A stretch of DNA of 64,000 nt from Anthoceros angustus (GCA_010909165.1 VJWM01000044.1:682001-746000); one strand, 5' to 3'; positions 1 through 13,285 are shown, numbered from the stretch's first letter. The notes: a model not told the origin generated them from the sequence alone. Program-made: numbers and translations.

Positions 1-15
1 CTCGCAGAGAGCCAC

Positions 16-1435
16 CTAAGTGCGGGAGGGAAGCCATTCGTCGCCGTCAATGTAACCGAATCCAATGAAGGGCGCAGCCTGGGCTCTGGTGAGCCTTCTC
101 GCCCACGTGGGCCAACTGGCGGTGCCGGCGCCCGGGCCAAAGGTGGCGTATTCTCCGTAGAAGACAGTCCTGCAGGGGGAAGGCACCATCAGCCCGCATT
201 CTCGCTGTATGCAATTCATGCTGGTGAAGCCGATTAACTCTGGGGTTCGATTTCCCCAGGGCAGCGAGCGGACTAGACTCCAAGACATGAGGGATGCAAT
301 TCCATGCAAAAGCTTGCAATCTCGGAATCAAAGTCCGACTTACTTGTCGCGGCCAGGAGTGTTCCAGTCGTTCCAGCCGGTGGGAGTGATGATGTCGGCG
401 ATGAAGGTATAGATGTAGACAACGCGGGAGTAGGGGCCCCAGGCGCGGCCGAGGTAGAGGGACCCGGAACCCGTCACGACGCAGCCCACGAAGGAGAAGC
501 CGCCGGCATCGGTCGGGGTGAGACGTTTCTGGGCGGTGAGCGAGCCGAAGGTCTTGGCGACCGAGTGGAGGTGGCATTTACGATAGAGCGAGCGGCCGTC
601 GCCGAAGATGAAGTCGATCGATCCCTCGATGTAGCTGTTGTAGAAGTAGTGCCTGCCCTGGTGATCGTAAAGCGTGTCCTGCCCGCCACGACGCTCACAT
701 TGTAGAGCGCTGCTTTGTCCCCGCTCAGCCTGAGCGCCACCGCCTGCTGCCCCACGGCCCCGGCGCCTGCAGCGGCGCCGAGTTCCGGAAGCTGATCCCG
801 GCCGCCACGAAGTTGTCGGAATTCACCGCGAAGGTGGCGCTGCCGAAGGTGCTCAGCACCTTCCCGCCTCTCTTGCTGGAGGCGGTGTCGCCCCACACGA
901 TCTCCGTCGTCCTGGCGTCCTCGCCTCGCAGCGTGACGAAGGGCGTGCTGCTGGGGATGATCACCTTCTCCCTGGAACGGTGCAGCTCAGGTCAAGTGAC
1001 GGGACGCAAGAACGCGGAATCGGCATTGCGGTGCACTTACTTGTAGGATCCGGGCTTGACAAAGATGGTGACGCGCCGGGTGTTGCCCTTGGGGACGGCG
1101 TCCACTGCCGCCTGCACCGACCGGAAGTTGCCGGAGCCGTCCAGGGCCACGGTGATGAAGGTGCTGAGCGTGGGGGGAGGTTTGGGCTTGGCACCGCTGC
1201 CGGCGAGCGACCCGGTGTCGCCGTCCACGCTGTCCAGTCCAGGATTCTGGGAGAAATCGTAGACTTGCTTCTCTCCGCTTTGGATGGCCTTGAGCCAGGC
1301 CTGGTAGTCCGCATCCGGGTCGTTGGCCAGAGGAGCCCCCCGCACGCACACGGCCATGGAGATGGAGATGGCCAAGGCCGCCATCAGCAACGCGGTCGCC
1401 CGCATTCTCAACCCGACATTCGTCGATTTCTCCAT
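16..1435 (-). CDS. Pectin methylesterase (type II, no PMEI domain), copy 1; two apparent 1-bp frameshifts
   Basis: Signal-peptide-like N-terminus MEKSTNVGLRMRATALLMAAL; motifs VALDGSGNFRSVQAAVD, EKVIIP, QAVALRLSGDKAALYN, GSIDFIFG, YLGRAWGPY and FYGEYATFGPG. GT-AG introns at 1040-972 and about 343-172. Frame breaks in G-runs near 758-761 and 685-688. Confidence 0.93.
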
Positions 1436-2789
1436 CGATCGGAATCCTGGGAATGCTCAGCTCGACTGCGCCGGTGCCGCCTGCCTCTCCTCCGATGTGG
1501 ATTGCCGAGGAGGAAGCTGGAGAGGTGGATGAGGAGAAGCACTGCCCCAGCACTGCTTATAAGGCGCCCGGCAATCCAAGGCGCCGCAGATACTGCGCAT
1601 TACTTGTTAGCTGCTACAGGGTAGGCTGGGCTATTGCGTACGTCAACCACGCACCACGCTCTGGTCGATCATGTTCGACATTCGCTGCCCAGGTTGCTTG
1701 GACACGGTTTTGTCCGTTTGTTTAGTACTACGTTGCGAAACAGTGCACAGGTAGCACCGGCCCTGGTAGGTGAGTCTTCGGGCTCGCAAGAATCCCAGCC
1801 AGCTAGCATAAGCTCCATGCCCTTCACGTCCATGTTCCCAAGACTTACTGTCTGTCGTGGGCACTTCATTATTGAATCCTCGCCTGCTTGCTGCTGGGCA
1901 GCTGCCTGCTTCAAAATGTGCACGTGCACGTATGCCGTCCTGGAAGAAATATTTTGGCAGTTGTTACCGGTTAGCGTGGTAGATGCCACTTGCAACACCA
2001 GTGTCAGTTTACTGGTGTGCAAATATTGCATGATTCTTCCCTTCACGTCTCTCTTGGGTCCTTACAGAATGGAATTCCCTGCTGAGTCACTCCTGATGGA
2101 AGCCCGAGGTTGCACTGGAAATGATATCATGGTATACAATTGGCCCACACTCACACTCCTTCAAGGCTGGATTCTATATAGATAGATCTTTGAAAAAATC
2201 TGGCGACTGATCGGTCTCGGAACTTGTGAGGACATTCCTGCCAGGATCTCTTGTCCTCTTGTTTCCACAGTGGCAGGACTCGCCCAGGCCTGCCATCATC
2301 CTTCAGGGCAAATGGGGAAGTTCACACGAGAATCTTCTGGAACAGAGGGGAGAAAAAGTCCAAGCCTCAGAAATAAGGCTGGCAAGGGGAACTCAGCAAG
2401 AGCTCCGATCCGACTACGGTTCCAGAAGCTTGAGACATGAAAGATTGCGGAATGATTCTGTTATTTTGGAGTCCAACAGATGTGACATGATAAATGGTGA
2501 TCGGTGGTTATACATACAAGTTTTTTGTACTAGCAGGTTTTGCCTGCAAAAAAATTTCGGCATGGTCTACATGTTTACAATTTTCCCTGGAAGCAAGCTT
2601 GAGTGCTTGACGACAAAGCTATGCTTCTACAACATGACACAGCCGCGTGCAGAGAGAGGTGCGGCGGATCGGGAGGGGACGGAATAATTACGACTCAGCT
2701 GGCGCGCTTATTCAGGCACAAGCACGAATGAAGGAGGAATTGTTCCATCTTGGAGAGGCGCTTCGGTCTGAGATCAATGTAACAGTTGC

Positions 2790-4288
2790 TTAAGTCCGGG
2801 ACTGAAGCCACTCGGCGGCGTCGATGAACCCATAGCCGATGAAGGGGGCAGCCTGTGCTCGGGTGAGCTTCTTGGGCCACTTGGGCCACCCTGCAGTGCT
2901 GGATCCAGGCCCAAAGCACGCGTACTCGCCGTAATACACAGTCCTGCAACACAGAGACTCGGTCCGTCAGACTGGGTCCAATGAGACGTAGTGTAGACGC
3001 AAGGAATCGTGTGGAAGGTGACGAGAAGCAAAGGATGAGGATTGGTGTCTCACTTTTGGCGAGCGGGGAAGCCGAAGTCGTTCCAGCCCTCTGGCCGGAT
3101 GATGTCGGCGATGAAGGTGTAGATGAAGACGACCCGGGAGTAGGGGCCCCAGGCGCGGCCCAGGTAGAGGGAGCCGGACCCCGTTACGACGCAGCCCACG
3201 AAGGAGTAGCCGCCGGCGTCGGTCGGGTCGAGACGTTTCTGGGCGGTGAGCGAGCCGAAGGTTTTGGCGATGGAGTGCAGATGGCACTTGCGGTACAGCG
3301 AGCGGCCGTCGCCGAAGATGAAGTCGATTGATCCCTCGATGTAGCTGTTGTAGAAGTAGTGCCTGCCTTTGTGATCGTACAGCGTGTCCTGCGCGCCGTA
3401 GATGGCCACGTTGTACAGCGCCGCCTTGTCTCCGCTCAGCCTCAGAGCCACAGCCTGCTCCCCCACAGCCCCTGGCAGCGGCGCCGGCGCCGAGTTCTGC
3501 CGCACCTCTTGTTCAGATCATGCCGACTACAGCACGCGGGCATTCAAAGGAGAAGCAAGCTCATGATGGGCGGTGCAATTCATGCCTACCCGGAATGCGA
3601 TGGTCCTGGCGATGAAGCCCTCGGAATTGACAGCGACGCTGGCACTCCCGAACGTGCTCAGCACCTTGCCGTCGCTCTTGGTGGAGGCGGTGTCGTGCCA
3701 CACGATCTCGGTCACTGCCCGCCCCTCGCCGATGAGCGAGATGAAGGGCTTGCTGCTGGGGATGATCACCTTCTCACTGCACAGTGCACACACACCCACA
3801 CCCACATCCCAGTGCCATCAAAATCCGACCTCTTCTCTGCCCTGGGTTGTTGCAGATAATCCCCTTCCCTCCCCATCCCTTCCCTTCCCAGATCTACATC
3901 CACGAGCACTACAGCACCTGTAGACTCCCTTCCTGACGTGGATCTCGACCCGCTTGGTGTTGCCCTTGGGCACGGCGTCCACAGCGGCCTGCACGGATTT
4001 GAAGTCCCCGGACCCGTCCTTGGCCACCACGAGGATGCGTTTGGTGGCCTTGGGCTGGGCGGCGGTGAGAGACAAGGGGCCTGCATCGTCGGGCTGGGGT
4101 CCGTCCAGATCCGCGTTGTGGGAGTAGTCGTACGTCTGCTTGTGGCCGGCTTTGATGGCCGCCAGCCATTCCTCGAAGTCCAGGTCGGGATCCTCGTTCA
4201 GGGGAGCGGCCCGCACTGTGACCTGGCACACGGACCCGTTGAGCACCACCAGGGCGAGCAGCAGCGCCCACATCCTCGATCTCTCCAT
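2790..4288 (-). CDS. Pectin methylesterase (type II), copy 2; apparently intact, 4 exons
   Basis: Exons approx. 4288-3918, 3776-3590, 3496-3053 and 2943-2790. Motifs DGSGDFKSVQAAVD, EQAVALRLSGD, QDTLYD, GSIDFIFG and YLGRAWG; ends EWLQSRT*. Confidence 0.96.
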
Positions 4289-4775
4289 TCTGCCGATCCT
4301 GTACGATTAACAATGCGCGGAAATTGAGAGCGTGCGAAGATGGGCGATGGGCGCGAGCGCGGGCGAGGAAGGGAGTGTAGCACAGTGCAACCCGCCCCAG
4401 GCGAGCGAGATGGATCTGCCTCCCTCCGCCTCGCCTTTAAGGCGCATCCGGGCGCGGGGGAGCCTGACCCGGTCGCCTCGAAATAGTTTCATACGCTGGC
4501 GCTCACGTAACAGGGAGATGGCGTCGTGGCCAGCTAGCTGCCTTGCCGGATTAAGGACCTGGTTCCGGATGTGCAGCTTCCGGAACCTTCGTGTATCCTG
4601 GTATCTCAGTGGAGATGGATTGGGAAGGAAGTTGGCAAATGGCAACCACGTTTGACTAAATTTAGCAACCCAGGTGTTCCTGAAGCTCTTCACTGTACAT
4701 CGCCACTCCTGCTGCATCAAGGATTCGGACTCTGAAGTAAAAGTGCACACTTCCAGGGAGCTAGCTGGATTTTGA

Positions 4776-6896
4776 TCACAAGGTGGTTATGTTGGATGTT
4801 CGCTGGGGCCAAGGTATGTGGTAGCTGCCCTTCACCACGTTGTGCTTTCGCAAGCCCAGGTAGTCTTTGCTTGACAGCTCCTGCACCTCGTCCATCACAG
4901 CCTGATAGCACAACCTGTACTGCTCCTGTGTGGGTTGTATGCATACCACCGGCCGGCACAAGTCAGCAACTATACCAGCTCATATGTGGGAGTTGTGGTG
5001 GTCCAGGAGGAATCTACTTTACTTACCAGTGTTTCAACCAAGCCCATGCGTTGCCTTCTCAGCATGGCGATGGTTTTATGGATATCCAATGCTGAGAAAT
5101 CGCCATTCAGGATTCGGTACATGGTGTCCACGATAGTGATGAATGTACCAGTTCTTCCGATTCCAGCTCTGAGACCCAGCGTGGCAGAACATGAGCCGGT
5201 GGTGTCATCACACAAGATTTTGAAGGGTGAGAGAGAGCCGAGCGACTAACCTGCAGTGCACCAAAAAAGGGCCCACGTTTTTGGGGAAGGAGTATATCGC
5301 CTTCAAAAGTTCCCGAGTAACACTCGTGCTCGGCGGGACTCCGAAGTCTGGCCAGTCACGGTATTGATAATGCACAATATGCTGCTCATCGTCCCTGTTC
5401 TGAAAATCGTTCATCCACAAAAGAGAGTGGTATTAGGAAAAGTGCACTTTGCATCTGCAGAGGACGGCTGCACACCACGTGTGTGGATTGGATTCTAGAG
5501 GTTTCTTCGTATATAGGCAATCAGAGGGCATTGTATTGGATAGAGTTTTACCATGATATCTTGCACCAAAAAGAATCTCGCCACAATTGGACCTTGCCGC
5601 TGCTGTGAACCTAAGTTGGTGATACGTAGTCTGCCATGAACCATATGTTCATTGATGTTGGGTGGGTAATATGGCCTTCCCTGCAGTGCAGAGGCAACAA
5701 TGACCCTCTACATTTTTCTCTTTGGCAAGTTCAAGGTCATTTAGCGGCAGAGAACTAGAAAAAAGTGCGTACAGAAGGATCGTCGGGAGTTAACATGAAG
5801 ATTGCTGGGCAATTCTGTTGGAACGCCATCTCCCAGAAGTCCAACAAAGTGTGCTTCAGAGGTGCTTGGGTTGCTATAAACTTCGGTATCCCTTCAACTG
5901 CAGAGTCCTGAAGCACATGAATGATGTGACAAGGCAATGCATTCTATGTAAGCATAAACTTGTAAGAAGTGCAGACACAAATGCACCAGCTGGGATGAAA
6001 TTCAGTGAGCCTACCTCAATGTGGGAAGCGTTGATGTAGTCTGTCCGATCCTCGGATGACCCCTGCTGAACCTTCAATACAACCCTTGTGTCGTCATCTG
6101 CATTCCTTGTCAAGGTAGACCGACAAGCAAACCCTTAAAAATTACGTGCTTAAGTTCCTAATTGCAATCTTAGACTTGCTCTCAACCGACTGACCCTCAA
6201 GGATACAAGGATAAATCATCCGGAAACGGTTCTTCATAACATTGATGGGCTGCTGTGCCTCACCAAAGGTCTTGCTTACCAACCATTGCGTGTCTAACTG
6301 CGGTCAGATGAGCAGGAGGCTGAAACAAAACCTGCAAATGCAAACTCTGTCTCGCGCAATTATGTCCATCCAAATGGGAGAGCTTCCAGCACAGAAACTC
6401 ATTTCCAGCAAGCCACACTACGAGCTGACAACTCATGCCTCATATGCTCATAGATTCCTCGTTTTTCACAAAGCGAGATGCAAGCTTGCGCGTTCCAAGC
6501 TGCTGCAAATTGCTGTGCCCCCAGAAAAGCAAACAAAACGGCTATTCATAAGCCAGAACAGGGGCCATGCCAATAAGCAAATTGACGCACCTGAATTGCC
6601 TCAAAAGCCTCATCAATCTTCCTCTTCCCTAAGCTGCCCTGGGATTTTTCCCGCAACATCTTGAGAGCAATTTTGCAGTTCTCCTTCTGAACCTTTGTCA
6701 AAAATGGCTCCAGAACCCCCTTGTCACCAAACTGCGTGTGCAAATGCAACCCTTCCTTGCCTACCACGGCCTCAGAGGTGACATCCTCGCCTTCCTTCCT
6801 TGCGTCGGAGCCTCTGATATCCAGGGTTTCATGCATCAACGATGGCGCTGTTTGCTCCGACGCATCCTCAAACGTAACACGTCGCTGTGCCGCCAT
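4776..6896 (-). CDS. Classical-fold protein tyrosine phosphatase (PTP1-like) with divergent motifs
   Basis: Spliced motifs [50 protein letters not shown]|[10 protein letters not shown] and [11 protein letters not shown]|EQYRLCYQ. Start ATG at 6896 is inferred. Confidence 0.9.
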
Positions 6897-7652
6897 GGAA
6901 TTCGGTTTGCAGACAATTTCGTCCTCAATCTGCCGGAGATAAAATCCTGCCAGGCTTCTGCTGCAGCCTACCAAGAATGTAGCGTGGCATACATTCGCTT
7001 ACATCCAGAAGCATGACATCCCCTTCCTTAGAGGCATGACCACTCCCATGTCAGGCGTTTGGGTTACGTACTCGTATATTAACCCGAGAGGGACGAACGG
7101 ACTCAAATTGAGTCGTTCGTCCATCGGTTAGGGACCGTGAATTATTTTTTGGGAGGTTTCAAGCCAGGGCACAGTTCAGCAAACTATGCCGAGGGCCTTG
7201 TGGCCATGTGAACTTTTACATAATAAAAATCAGTGCCATGGATCGTGTGCCACACGCCGAAACATGGAAAGATAGCTTCAGGATCCGCCTCAACCACTCG
7301 GCCTGAGGCCTTGTGCCATGGCCGTGTTTCACCATTGCTTGACCATCCGCTTCTCAGGTGATGAGAACACACAGACAATGAGTATGGGTTTCAGAGGGAA
7401 CGAATCTGATTGAAGAACAATATGGTTGTTTATGGAGAGACTTTTTAGTCTCATCTCAACAACAAAAAATCAGGTGGCCGGAGGAGCCAATAATGCGATT
7501 TACACAGAATTCAGCTGCCCCAATGTGTGCAGCAAATCTGTACAGAACAATGACCTCAGAGGAACTGCAGCATAGTGATACAGAGCAGCATTCCTGCAAG
7601 AGATGCCTTGGCTGAGTTGAATCCGATATAAACATTCACGAAGTATCTCTCG

Positions 7653-8873
7653 TCACGAATGCTTAGAGGTGCCACTGCTGCTAGGACTCGCTCCTCTCAC
7701 AACACCAACATCAACTGCTCTGCTTGTCACATCCAAATCCCGCTTCCACCACTGGACAAGGCCGTGAGACTCCATGAAACTGTTGCCTGATGTGCAGACA
7801 TGCAAGTACGCCGAGGGCACCAGATGCTTAGGTTCTCCCTTGCTCGTCAGCAGCAACCCTGCTGCAGAAAAAGGGGCAGCCCGAGAAGATAGATATGCTC
7901 CCACCCCACTTTTCCCCAGCTCTGTGTCACTCAGAAAAAAGTCCACACAGCCAGACAAGAATCCTCCGACCTTAGTCTTAGCCAGGTCGGCGTGACTCTG
8001 AAAGTACTCCACATACCCGGAACAAACAGGGTCTCGCATGTTCACATACAGGTTAGGTCTCCATCCTTCCAGAAGCACGAACTCTTCATACGCTTTATTC
8101 CTACTTCCCTCGTCCTTCACGTAGAGGCTGAGCCCAACAGCAGCCACAGTTTTCACAAACTGGAACACCTTGTGTGCGTCCTCACTCCACACATCCCGCA
8201 ACGAGAGCGTTGCGAAGGGCGGGTTGAATAAGTGGGACTCTATCCGGGCCCCGGACAAGGCAAACGTCCTGGCCACCATGAGCCCCAGAGCTGCACCAAG
8301 CGAGTGCCCACAAATGCAAATCTTGCTGAAGCCGTACTTCTCCGCAGCGTTTGTCACCACTCGCAGCGTGTCACCAAACCGGGTGGTTTCATGAAGCAGG
8401 TGCTGCAAAGCCATGCCGTCGTGGTACAAGTCGCTCTTCAGTCTGTAGTCCGTCCCTCGCAGGGCAATCACAACCTTGGGTGCCTTAGACGGACGGAGCA
8501 ACCGCGACATGTGGTCCCACTCATACACTGCCAAATCAATGCGAGGCGCCTTCTCCTTCGACTCGTCTCCCTTTCCCATCAATTTCGCCAATTCCACCAC
8601 CTTGTAGTGGAATGACCTCCACCACGAGCTTGTCGTAGCCGACCCCTCCGACCCCTGCTTCTTCTGCTGCCGGTCCGCTTCCAACATGTACACGCCATTC
8701 ACAAGGCAGGCAAAAATCCTTCTCCGGTCGATCGCATCATCCCAGCTCAGAGTGGAAGCCAGAGCTGCCGGCCCTTCTGCCAGCTGAATTTCGAGGCCGG
8801 CTGCCATCGCAAAATCATCCACGCTTCCAGGCAGAATCGTCCCAACGAGGAGAAACACGAGGAGAACTTTCAT
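7653..8873 (-). CDS. Alpha/beta-hydrolase, class-3 lipase-like (At4g10955-like), single exon, 406 aa
   Basis: Open 406-aa ORF with VIALRGT, nucleophile elbow CGHSLGAALG, HLFNPPF and terminal HGLVQWW; hydrophobic N-terminus. Confidence 0.88.
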   Translation of the reverse strand: MKVLLVFLLVGTILPGSVDDFAMAAGLEIQLAEGPAALASTLSWDDAIDRRRIFACLVNGVYMLEADRQQKKQGSEGSATTSSWWRSFHYKVVELAKLMGKGDESKEKAPRIDLAVYEWDHMSRLLRPSKAPKVVIALRGTDYRLKSDLYHDGMALQHLLHETTRFGDTLRVVTNAAEKYGFSKICICGHSLGAALGLMVARTFALSGARIESHLFNPPFATLSLRDVWSEDAHKVFQFVKTVAAVGLSLYVKDEGSRNKAYEEFVLLEGWRPNLYVNMRDPVCSGYVEYFQSHADLAKTKVGGFLSGCVDFFLSDTELGKSGVGAYLSSRAAPFSAAGLLLTSKGEPKHLVPSAYLHVCTSGNSFMESHGLVQWWKRDLDVTSRAVDVGVVRGASPSSSGTSKHS

Positions 8874-9100
8874 ATGTATCGCTCAAATTCACACGGACGC
8901 GAAGATGCTAAGAAGAATGATGTACGCGGAGAGGAAGGCATTACATAAATAAATGAATTCTAAATTGTAATGGGTGTAATATCGACTAATGAGATCTTCT
9001 CGTTAAACGACTGGCGCTGTCTACTAGTACACAGTTTGACTACCTTTGCCCGAGATAATCAAGGAATGTTTGTACAACGGGGCAGGATTCCTGGCCGCAG

Positions 9101-12100
9101 CTACGACATGATTTGTAGAGCTTCCCTGGTTTTGCCGAGAACGTTGAGGGCAGTGGCAGCGATGTGTTGGGACGTTAGGCCAGCTTCAGCGTACTGGTCC
9201 TTGGGAGCCCCGTGGTCGATGTACCTGTCAGGGAGGACAAGAGGTCTCCACTGCACAGAAACAGAAACAGGTGAGGGATGGTTAGACACCCGGTTGCAAA
9301 TCGTTGTTGGTGGATGTTGAAATGGCAAGCTGAGATGAATGGACGACCTTGAGTTTCCCGTCAAGGAGCCCGTCGAGTGCCATGAACTGCACCACGTGGG
9401 AGCCGAACCCTCCTATGGAGCCTTCTTCCACGGTGATGAGGACTTCGTGTTCTCTTGCAAGTTCTCTGATGAGTTCACGGTCCAGTGGCTTGCAGAACCT
9501 CGCATCGGCAACAGTGACCGAGATGCCGCACGCCGCCAGCATTCCCTCTGCTGCAAGACAGTGTTGCACCATGGTTCCATATCCGAGAAGGGCAACTTGC
9601 GTTCCCTCTGTTAAGATTCTTCCCCTGCCCACCTGTGTGGAAAATCGAGCCGGATTGGATAAGTACGAGGGGTGGATGGATGGTGAGGTTTAGGGTTTGG
9701 AGAGGAGAGAAGAGGAGAGTTACCTCCAAGGGCACACCCTTGTTTCCTGGTGGGAGCTCCACGCCGACGCCATTACCTCGAGGGTATCGGAAACAGCTGG
9801 GACGGTCGTCGATGGCGGCAGCCGTGGCCACCATGTGGAACAGCTCCGCCTCGTTTGAGGGTGCCATGACCACCATGTTGGGGAGGCAGGCCATGTAAGT
9901 GACATCAAACGATCCAGCATGGGTAGGGCCATCTGCTCCCACAAGTCCTGCTCTGTCCATGGCAAACCTGACAGGAAGCTTCTGGAGGTCGACGTCATGG
10001 ATCACCTGGAAGCACGAGAATCGAGATGAGACGCGATTTCACATACAGATTATACACTACTACCAATGTATACAGGTTTTACATACCTGGTCATATGCTC
10101 GTTGCAGGAAGGAGGAGTAAATTGCACAGAAAGGTTTCAAGCCCTCACAGGCAAGTCCTGCGGCAAAAGTGACCCCATGCTGCTCGGCAATACCGACATC
10201 GAAACATCGTTCTGGGAATCTCTTGAGGAACATGTTGAGGCCCGTGCCACCACCCATGGCCGCGTGGATTGCCACAATATTCTTATCCACTTCGGCCTCG
10301 GCAATGAGAGCCTCGGCGAAGTAGGTGGTGTAGGCTTGAGTCAAGGTCTTCCCTTTGAACTGCCTCCCTGTTGCCGGGTCGAATTTGACCACTCCTGAGA
10401 TGGATTAAATGCAAATGCTGCTGCTGGTTAGGTCCTGCGTGGATAAGAGGAATAGTTCAGGGAAGATGATGGAATGACTTAGGGACGAGCTTACCATGAT
10501 ACTTGTCAGCAGCCCGTTCAGCATATGGGTAGCCTCTGCCCTTCTCCGTGACCAGATGAATCAACACAGGCCCTGCTGTATGTGTGGACTTCACTTCTCT
10601 AAGAATGGTGATCAGGTCTTGCATGTTGTGCCCATCCACTGGACCGATGTAGTACAGGCCTAGCTCCTCGAACAAAGTAGACCCGCTCCCGCTGATCATC
10701 CCACGGGCGTACTCGTCAACCTTGGCTGCAAGCTCATGCATGGGTCCTCCTAGCTGCTTGGTCACACCCTGCAAGCAACAACGGAGGAAACCTCAACCCA
10801 CTACATCCCTGAAGCTCCAGTTGTCCCATCCCTCTCACTCAGATGCCACCAAGTCCTCCTACCTTGGCAACTTCTCGCAGCTCCCGAAGCGGCCTGCTCG
10901 ACTGCAGCTTGCTGAGGGCGCTGCTGAGAGCCCCCACCGGCGGGGCAGGCCCGTCCAGGGTGGCTGTAGGAAGGGACACCTGCTTGTTGTCATTCAAGAT
11001 GACAATCATGTTGGAGTCCAAATACCCTGCGTTGTTCATTGCCTCGTACGCCTGGCCGGCAGTCATGGCCCCATCCCCGATAACCGCAATCACATTGTTC
11101 CTCCTCCCCTTCAGGTCTCGACCCACGGCCATGCCTGCAGCCCATGCTCACATCACTTAGCACCATCCCAACTCCACTGCAGCAACATCAAGAGGAGTGT
11201 AATCCATTCAATACCAAGGCCTGCGGATATGCTGGTAGAGCTGTGCCCTGCTCCAAAGGCATCATACTCGCTCTCCGCTCGCTTGGTGAACCCGGACAAG
11301 CCACCCGTCTGCCGCAAAGTGTGCATCCGGTGCCTCCTCCCGGTAAGGATCTTGTGGGGATAGGCCTGCCATCACCATTCCGCCCGTCAGAACCAAGTTG
11401 CAGCCTTGCTGGGACATGCAATGCGCCCCTCGTAATGACAAGCAATGCGCCCCACCTGGTGACCCACATCCCACAAAATCCTGTCCTCCGGAGTGTTGAA
11501 AACATGGTGCAGAGCCACGGTGAGCTCCACCACACCAAGGCTGGAGCCCAAATGGCCCCCGGTCCTGGACACGGTGAAGATGGTCTCCGACCGCAGCTCA
11601 TCCGCAAGCTGCCTCAGCTCCTGCCACACAATCCACCACTACTCAGCTCCAAACCCACAAAACTCCTCCCAAACCCACAAAACTCCTCCCGAACCCAGTT
11701 CCAACAACGCACTCTGAGGGACAGATTCTTCATGTGTATCGGAAAATTGATGGTATCCAGCAGCGGAGTGGGCGGCTTTTCAGAAACGTACTCCCCCCCG
11801 TCCGTGATAGCCGCAACAATCCTCCCGGCCCGCTGCACCCCAACACCACCCAGTCAGAACCCACAACCTTCCCCGCAATCCCCACCAAAAGATCCACCCC
11901 AACCAGGCACCCACCTGCGACGCCCGCCTGGGAGCCGCATCCCGCGCGCATTTCAGCTGGGCGAGGCCGTGCCCCAGCCCGGCGCTGTCCTTGCATGCGA
12001 GCGAAGACCCGAGCTGGAGCGAGCTGCCGGGCACCCGGGCCTGGGCCCCCTCAGGCTGCGCCAAGGACGCAGCGCGCGCTCCAGCTCCAGCAACAGTCGC

Positions 12101-12103
12101 CAT
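9101..12103 (-). CDS. DXS: 1-deoxy-D-xylulose-5-phosphate synthase (plastid MEP pathway)
   Basis: Exons encode [100 protein letters not shown] and DARFCKPLD; ends EALQIMS*. Start codon 12103 (transit-peptide-like) is inferred. Confidence 0.97.
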
Positions 12104-13049
12104 TTCTGCCTCACAACGCAGCGCGCAGCTCGGCCAAGGCCTTCATGCACCTGGGCCTGGGCAATGCGCTCGTGGCCGTGCGCGCACCGTGGCTGCCTGA
12201 CACCAGCCACGGATCACGCTCCGGCTGAGGATCAGCGGCGGATCGGACACCCAGGGACTGTTGTAGCGCAGGGGACGAGGGACGGGGGACGGGGGACTCG
12301 GGAGGCGCCCAGATCTTTTGGCGCGACCAGCGGTAGCCGGAAAGAATCGTCGGTCCTGGGGCGGGACAGGGGGTGCGGGGGCTTGGGCTTAATCGCAGTT
12401 CCTCCGGACCCATTGATCGTCCCGGTCCACCATTATCCTGGGGCCTGCGCCTGTGCTCCTCATTGGCTGCCCTGTCCTACGCGACCGCTTCCCATGGCGT
12501 ACCTGCCCACCTCCAGATTAAAATTGAAGACACGAGCGAGTGAAGCCGTGCAATTTCATGCACCGGCCCTCTTTCCCGTCCTCTTCGTTCGAGGCTTGGA
12601 CGTTCTTTTTCCCTTCATACCCACAAAAAGGAGGCACACTTGGGACGATCTCACCAGCACCACCTACATATCATGCAGGAACTAAAAGTCCAAAACGTAG
12701 GCGCGAAAACAAAGAGTAACTAAAATGTGGAAGAATATTTGTTTTTTTAAGAGAATTAAGTTTGGAGTAACCCTTTAGAGCACTAACAACTGGAGTTTGT
12801 AATCTAAAGGACCTGCATGTGTAGACCGAGGGCATGATTTATAGCTGGAGAATGGTTGGTACCCATCGAAGTCGAGTACTAATCCGTCCAAGGACGCTTG
12901 ACTGTGGAGTTCCAATGAACCCATGTATGATGTCACTCCTTGAAGGGAGGTTGTGAGTAACTTCATGGAAGAATTCTTGAAGTTATTTATAAAGATTATA
13001 TAATATGATACGTATAATAATAAGTATCATGTTTTAAGCTTTAGGGGCA

Positions 13050-13285
13050 AAGATAATATTTAGACTTTGAATATTGTACAAGTGTACTTGTCGCAAGAGT
13101 ACCGATACATAAATAAATGCGCAAGGATTTCTTGGTTCTAATAAAAACTACAAAATGACAAGCCTTGTGTAGTAAGCCTGGACGAACCTATACAAATGGA
13201 GACTTTGTACATTGCACTTGTCACAAGACTGCATAGGCAAAGATTTTCCTGTTCTAATAAAGATTACAATATGACAAGTACATAT
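13050..13285. repeat. Diverged direct repeat pair (about 130-bp units) in AT-rich intergenic DNA
   Basis: Two similar blocks of the form tgtac...cacttgtc(g/a)caaga...gcaa(g/a)gattt..gttctaataaa..tacaa.atgacaag. Confidence 0.55.

Noticed and set aside
9685-9700. TTTAGGG telomere-like motif
   Set aside because: A single occurrence inside a DXS intron.
11144-12685. 513-aa plus-strand ORF
   Set aside because: Antisense to the GC-rich DXS 5' exons and promoter, with no recognisable domain; a stop-poor shadow frame.
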